Below the pieces are notes generated by a model, which was not told the DNA's origin, ran no database searches, and saw only the letters and a program-made list of their open reading frames with translations. DNA of 32,842 nt, taken from the NCBI RefSeq assembly GCF_006345805.1, contig NW_021832806.1:1-32842 (forward strand). The letters run 5' to 3'. The translations under genes and the position numbers were made by a program. This document shows, in pieces, positions 26,347-32,842 of the stretch; position 1 is the stretch's first letter, and each line of letters opens with the position of its first letter. The stretch comes from Octopus sinensis. Lineage: Eukaryota.

Positions 26347-26455
26347 AAATAATATATGTATGTATATGTATATGAATGCATCTATATATATGTATGTGTG
26401 TATGTATATGTGTATGTATTTATGCATGCATGTATGTAAGTACTCATGCATGTAT

Positions 26456-27280
26456 GTCATTCAGTTTATTTCAAGATTTCTTACCAATAAATAGCCGGTT
26501 TCCAACCTACATTCAAGGATCCTTCACTGGAATTTGAACATTAGCAACAGGGTTCTTTGTATACATGTATGTATGTATGTATGTATGTATGTGTGCAGAT
26601 TTTTATGCTTTGTTTTATATACGTATTCCCACGCTTTTAATTGCATAACTAGACTTGATCATATATATTTAAATAATTTTCTGGAAAGTTTTATAGATTT
26701 TTACAGTTCCAGTGATGGATTGGATCTGTAGTTTCCGAATGAGCTTTCTCCTTTCTGGTTTTGAGAAGCCTAATTTCTCCAGATTGATATTTAGGCAGTG
26801 TGTTACATATTCCAAGGCTCCAATAGCTATAGGTATAAACCCGAACTTGTAATCTGGATAGAGTAACTGCATATTTCTCTATAGTTCGACATAAGTGTTC
26901 TCTTTTTCATTGATCTTCAGCTTTATGTAAACATCCGCTGGGCAGCTAATTTCCACCACTGTGCAGAGTCCCTCTTCTCTATCCCAAATCATTATATTAC
27001 GTTAGTTGTCTTCACTGGTACATTTCACCACACCTGTATTCCTTTTTATTATGAGTAGCTACGGCTTCTACCATATTGTGGACTCTAATTTCTGTGTCCA
27101 AGAGATTATCCTTCCGACAGATTTCATCATAGAGTGTCCTAGCTACAACATCATGTCTTATCGTTAGCTAATACTGTGATTACATTTTCGGAGGGTGATA
27201 TCTTCGATGTGAACTCCACAAAGTCTGCACCGGTTGTCACATTTTGCAGCTTTTCCCGCTTCCCTATCCCTTTTGTCCAT
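26456..27280 (-). mobile_element. Decayed RLE-type LINE 3' end (zinc finger + endonuclease + 3' UTR) ending AATAAACTGAATGA-(CATA)-like
   Basis: CDNRCRLCGVHIEDIT...RHDVVARTLYDEICRK...IMIWDREEGLCTVVEISCPAD..K.NEK...FIPIAIGAL, with frameshifts. Confidence 0.82.
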
Positions 27281-27653
27281 CAGTTACTTGGTTCAATCCC
27301 ACTGCATGGCACCTTGGGCAAGTGTCCTCTACTATAGCTTCGGGCCATCCAAAGCCTTGTGAGTGAATTTCGTAGACGGAAACTGAAAGAAGCCCGTCGT
27401 ATATATGGATATGTATGTATGTGTGTGTATATGTTTGTGTCTCTGTGTTCCCGCTCCCACAGCATGGCTTGGCAACCGATGCAGGTGTGTTTACGTTCCC
27501 GTAATATAGCGGTTCGGTAAAAGAGACTGATAGAATAAGTACTAGGCTCGCAAAGAATAAGTCCTGGGGTCGATTTTCTCGACTAAAGGCGGTGCTTCAG
27601 CATGGCCGCAGTCAAATGACTGAAACAAGTAAAAGAATAAAAGAGTAAAATAA

Positions 27654-27655
<2 letters not shown>
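27281..27655 (+). mobile_element. SINE family 1 copy lacking the 5' tip
   Basis: Family match from 'ttggttcaatcccactgc'. Confidence 0.88.
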
Positions 27656-27699
<44 letters not shown>

Positions 27700-27915
27700 T
27701 AATAAATAAAATATATGCATACATACATACATATATGTACGTACCTACACCTACATGTATATATACATGCATATATAAATATATATATGTCAGTACAGGA
27801 CACCACAAATAGACGTAGAACTCAACGAGAAACGAAAACGTAAAAACAAACATGGAAACGGACTTTTTTTAACAACGAAAAAACAGAGTACAAGACAAAC
27901 AATACAAGGAAAATT

Positions 27916-27977
27916 CCCCTTCATCAGCTGGCCCTAGTTCGACTCCATGCGTGTTTCGAAGGTAAGGACAGAACACG
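27916..27977 (-). ncRNA. Candidate permuted hammerhead, family B (left arm)
   Basis: CGTGT-U-CTGTCCTTA-CCTTC-GAA-ACACG-(13 nt)-TAGGGCCAG-CTGATGA-AGGGG. Confidence 0.5.
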
Positions 27978-28364
27978 ACTCGTCGAACTAGCCCTTCCTG
28001 CGAAAGAATTAAATAAAATTCCTTTGCAGAGGGGTAAAAACAAGGAAAGAAAAAAATGTGACAAAAACAGGACGTAAAAACAGTACAAATAAAAAAACAA
28101 ATACAAAATAAAAATACAAATACAAAAAATACAGTACAAGTAAGGAATAAAAACAGGACAAGGAAACAAACATTGAGGGCCTTTTTTTAGCCTAGACGAT
28201 GGAAAAATTCAAGAGGGCAGGATAAAAGCATGCTCACTTGTAGGAGGCCGCCAGCGAAAGGAAGTGGTCGACTCGGCTGTGTGAGAGATGTTTTTACCTT
28301 GTTTTTACCCCTCTGCAAAGGAATTTCATTTAATTCTTTCGCAGGAAGGGCTAGTTCGACGAGT

Positions 28365-28426
28365 CGTGTTCTGTCCTTACCTTCGAAACACGCATGGAGT
28401 CGAACTAGGTCCAGCTGATGATGGGG
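28365..28426 (+). ncRNA. Candidate permuted hammerhead, family B (right arm; two substitutions weaken stems I and II)
   Basis: Same as the left arm but TAGGTCCAG and CTGATGA-TGGGG. Confidence 0.4.
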
Positions 28427-28700
28427 AATTTTCCTTGTATTGTTTGTCTTGTACTCTGTTTTTTCGTTGTTAAAAAAGTCCGTTTCCTTGTTTGTTTTTA
28501 CGTTTTCGTTTCTCGTTGAGTTCTACGTCTATTTGTGGTGTCCTGTACTCACATATATATATTTATATATGCATGTATATATACATGTAGATGTAGGTAC
28601 GTACATATATGTATGTATGTATGCATATATTTTATTTATTAATTTATTGCATGACTGAGCGCCCTCGCGTCGTTTCGTTTCTTTTCTGTTCTCCAAGTAA

Positions 28701-28754
<54 letters not shown>

Positions 28755-28807
28755 ACCTAGATACATGGCACACGTTAGAACGATTTAGTTTTATTAGGAG
28801 AGAGAGT

Positions 28808-28845
<38 letters not shown>

Positions 28846-28975
28846 GCGAGAAAGAAGCTGGAGAGATAGTGACATGAAAAGAGAAGAATCGAGTAAGATG
28901 GATATATTTATAAGTAACGAAAAATAAGCATAGGAAGAAAGAGAAAATAAAAGAAAGAATTGAAGATAGATAGAT

Positions 28976-29015
28976 GGATAGGTAGATAGAGAGAAGAGAG
29001 AGAGAGAGAGAGATG

Positions 29016-29076
<61 letters not shown>

Positions 29077-29077
29077 G

Positions 29078-29110
<33 letters not shown>

Positions 29111-29201
29111 GGATAGATAGATAGATAGATAGATAGGTAGATAGATAGATAGATAGATAGATATATAGATGGATGGATAGATAGATAGATAGATAGATAG
29201 G

Positions 29202-29276
<75 letters not shown>
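28976..29276. repeat. (GATA)n microsatellite
   Basis: Direct reading. Confidence 0.95.
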
Positions 29277-29481
29277 GTTTCTTTATTGGCCACACAGGGC
29301 TGCACACAGATGGGACAAGTTACAAGGTAGAGCTTTTCTTTTGGGGGAGAAAAAAAATGGCGTATGTTTTCGATCAAAAAGGATCGTAAAAGGGAAAAAA
29401 GAACAAAAAAAAGGAAATAAGGGAAAAGGAACAAAAGAAAAGAAAATGAAAAAAGAAGAAAAAAGGGGAAGAGGGGGGAAA
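29277..29481 (-). mobile_element. Tx1-like LINE 3' tip, copy A
   Basis: Minus strand ends ...gcagccctgtgtggccAATAAAgaaac-ttatctatctatc. Confidence 0.8.
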
Positions 29482-29486
29482 GATAT

Positions 29487-30110
29487 GTTTCTTTATTAGC
29501 CACACAGGGCTGCACACGGACAGGACAAAATTACAAGGTAGAGCTTTTCTTTTGGTGGTAAAAGAAAGGGGTTTGGTTTTCGATCAAAAGGGATCGTAAA
29601 TGGAAAGAAATAGGACAAAGAAAGGGGGGATAAGATAAAATAAAAAATAAAAAAGGGAGGTGCGGAAGAAAAGGGGGAGGTGAGGAAAAAAAGGGAAAGG
29701 AAAAAAAATTGATCAATAGGGATCGTTATCACAGAAATGTCAATATGAAGTGTAAAGGGGAGGACAGGTGAGGTTTACCCGTGGAAAGAAAAGCCTACGG
29801 AAAAGACCACGGTAACCTTGGTCAACAAAGTCACATGTTATATTTTTTTTTTTGCAAATAAGCAACTCTGTATTAATTTTTACGGTTCATAGAATCATAG
29901 TCAAGGTGGTTTCGTCATTCATACATGCCATCCTTGCTACATTCACCCATCTTTTTTAAAACATTCACTAGACAAAACTTGCCTCTCTACTCTCACTTTC
30001 CTCTTCAAGTGATAGTTGAAGAAGTTGATGAGAGATTGACCAGAGAGGAAAGTGTTTGTCTCTAATCCTTTCAGGCGCGTCCACCAGATACATTCTTTCG
30101 CCATAGCCAC
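29487..30110 (-). mobile_element. 5'-truncated Tx1/L1-clade LINE (ORF2 C-terminus + 3' UTR), copy B
   Basis: AMAKECIWWTR...L..FF..HLKRKVRVER.......F(K)RW, resembling the Tx1 ORF2 C-terminal pattern; the 5' truncation abuts (GATA)n. Confidence 0.7.
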
Positions 30111-30156
30111 AGATAGATAGATAGATGGATGGATGGATGGATAGATAGATAGATAA

Positions 30157-30408
30157 GTTTCTTTATTGGCCACACAGGGCTGCTCACAGATGGGACAAGT
30201 TACAAAGTTACAAGGTAAGCTTTTCTTTTGGGGGAGAAAAAAAAAGGTGGCGTAGGTTTTCGATCAAAAGGGATCGTAAAAGGGAAAAAAGAACAAAAAA
30301 AGGAAAAGAAAAAAAGAACAATAAAAGGAAAAGAAAAAAAGAAAAAAGGGAAAAGGAACAAAAGAAAAGAAAAATGAAAAAAGAAGAAAAAAGGGGAAGA
30401 GGGGGAAA
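30157..30408 (-). mobile_element. Tx1-like LINE 3' tip, copy C
   Basis: Same sequence as copy A, with the same 5' breakpoint; GATA repeats on both sides. Confidence 0.8.
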
Positions 30409-30413
30409 GATAT

Positions 30414-30498
<85 letters not shown>

Positions 30499-30499
30499 C

Positions 30500-30577
<78 letters not shown>

Positions 30578-30808
30578 GTTTCTTTATTGGCCACACAGGG
30601 CTGCACACAGATGGGACAAGTTACAAGGTAGAGCTTTTCTTTTGGGGGAGAAAAAAAAAGGTGGCGTAGGTTTTCGATCAAAAGGGATCGTAAAAGGGAA
30701 AAAAGAACAAAAAAAGAAAAAAAGAAAAAGAAAAGGGGGGGAAGAAAAAAAGAAAAAAAAATGAAAAAAGAAGAAAAAAGAGGATAAAAGGGGGAGAGGA
30801 AAAAAAAA
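30578..30808 (-). mobile_element. Tx1-like LINE 3' tip, copy D
   Basis: Same family; GATA repeats on both sides. Confidence 0.8.
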
Positions 30809-31139
30809 TAGATAGATAGATTAATAGCCAGCGAGCCACTGAGATGCAACACTGAGACAGCAGAGAAGTTGCTGCCAAAATTCAGAACATATTTCCAGAG
30901 ATCCAAATAATAATTTTCGCTTCTCTCTGAAACATTGAAATAGCGAAACAGCAAAGCAAGCAGGCAAGCAAAGCAACAACAACAACAACAACAACAACAA
31001 CAACCACAGCAGCAGCAGCAGCAGCGCCAACACCTGTAGTAGAAGCAGCAGCAGCAACGCCAGCAGCAACAGCAGTAACTACGGCAGCCGCAGCAGCTAC
31101 AGCAGCGAACGTTTAACGGCGACATTTCAAGCCTCTACT

Positions 31140-31232
31140 TTCATCATCATCATCACCATCGTCATCATCATCATCATCATCATCACCATCATCATCGTCA
31201 TCATCATCATCATCATCAACATCACCATCATC

Positions 31233-31266
<34 letters not shown>

Positions 31267-31406
31267 TCATCATCACCATCATCATCATCATCGTCGTCAT
31301 CATCACCAATACCATCATCACCATCATCATCATCAACATCATCAACATCATCATCATCACCACCATCATCATCATCATCATCATCATCATCGTCATCATC
31401 ACCAAT

Positions 31407-31446
<40 letters not shown>

Positions 31447-31513
31447 GTGACGTCTACGTCGATATTACAGCCGTCCTCGTAGTCATCGTCGTCGTTGGTG
31501 TTGTCAGCATCAC

Positions 31514-31549
<36 letters not shown>

Positions 31550-31550
31550 T
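31140..31550. repeat. (CAT)n/(CAC)n microsatellite field
   Basis: Direct reading. Confidence 0.95.
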
Positions 31551-31914
31551 AACGTCAGCATTATCGAACTAGAGGCCAGGAGGTGGACCGCGTAAAAAAG
31601 TTAAAAATAGCAGCCAAAATATATATAGCAGGGGAATCACTCCGAAAATCTCGAAAAGGTTTAGCATTATGTGGTGTAGCCCTTGGTACCAGTAGACCAG
31701 TAGACAGAAAACGAAATGGGCACCGACCGAGAATGCCTCTATGAACATAGGATGCTGCATATGGAGTGACACATGGCTAAACATCAGCAAGAACTCTTAT
31801 CTCCAATTTCATCTTATCCTGACCGGTGCCCCAGCATGGCCACAGCTCATGGGCTGAAACTAGAATCAATCAATCAATCAATGTTACTTTCATCTACTAG
31901 TCGTTACATACATG

Positions 31915-32500
31915 TGGTGTGTGTGTGTATGTGTGTGTGTGTGCGTGTGTGTGTATGTGTGTGTGTGTGTGCGTGTGTGTGTATGTGTGTGTGTGTGTGC
32001 GTGTGTGTGTATGTGTGTGTGTGTGTGCGTGTGTGTGTAGTGTGTGTGTGTGCGTGTGTGTGTATGTGTGTGTGTGTGTGCGTGTGTGTGTATGTGTGTG
32101 TGTGTGTGCGGTGTGTGTATGTGTGTGTTGTGTGTGCGTGTGTGTGTATGTGTGTGTGTGCGTGTGTGTGTATGTGTGTTGTGTGCGTGTGTGTGTATGT
32201 GTGTGTGTGTGTGTATGTGTGTGTGTGTGTATGTGTGTGTGTGGTTTTTTGTGTGTCAATATCTATCTCTGTACATACACTCAGAAACACACATACGCAC
32301 ACACATAGATATATGATAGATAGATACATACATACATACATACAAACATACATGCAAACATACATACATACATACATACATACAAACATACATATATACA
32401 TACATACATACATATATATAATATATACATACATACATGAATGCATGCATACATACATACATACATACATACATACATACATGCATGCATACATACATAC

Positions 32501-32531
<31 letters not shown>

Positions 32532-32600
32532 CATACATGCATACATACATACATACATACATACATACATACATACATACATGATAGATAGGTGATTGAT
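31915..32600. repeat. (GT)-rich compound repeat followed by (ATAC)n
   Basis: Direct reading. Confidence 0.95.
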
Positions 32601-32756
32601 AGATGGATAGATAGATAAATATATATATATATAAATATATACATAGATGGAGAGATAGACAGCTACATAGATAAAGTGTTAGATGATAGATGGATAGATG
32701 AATATATAGATAGATAGATAGACAGATAGATAGATACATAGATAGATAGATAGATA

Positions 32757-32842
32757 GGTTTCTTTGTTAGCCACACAGGGCTGCACACAGACAGGACAAA
32801 ATTACAAGGTAGAGCTTTTCTTTTGGGGGTAAAAGAAGGGGG
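32757..32842 (-). mobile_element. Tx1-like LINE 3' tip, copy E (cut by the window end)
   Basis: gtttctttgttagccacacagggctgcacacagacaggac after (GATA)n. Confidence 0.8.

Larger units (their letters stand above)
27700..28641. mobile_element. Large inverted repeat (arms 27700-28045 and 28297-28641); probable truncated Penelope-like element with inverted pLTRs
   Basis: Arms are about 346 bp with only ~6 visible differences, around a 251-bp spacer. The minus-strand spacer reads 'HRLG*KKALNV', weakly like the PLE ORF end. Both arms carry CTGATGA/GAAAC. Confidence 0.7.

Overview
Repeat-saturated, apparently non-genic eukaryotic DNA. The microsatellite load and tRNA-derived SINE families resemble an octopus/cephalopod genome (inference). 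No host gene is confidently supported; almost all supplied ORFs are microsatellite translations. The window holds many tRNA-derived SINEs, three R4/Dong-like restriction-like-endonuclease LINE fragments, six 3' ends of a Tx1-like LINE (five at (GATA)n), a hAT MITE with an 8-bp TSD, a probable solo LTR, and several Penelope-like pseudo-LTR remnants, one with a canonical minimal hammerhead ribozyme. The most striking observation: two sequence-unrelated repeat families (279-bp identical direct repeats at 8726-9865; 346-bp inverted repeats at 27700-28641) each carry all three hammerhead strands in a non-cyclic, pseudoknot-requiring order, with compensatory stems. This is a candidate new hammerhead topology and is untested.
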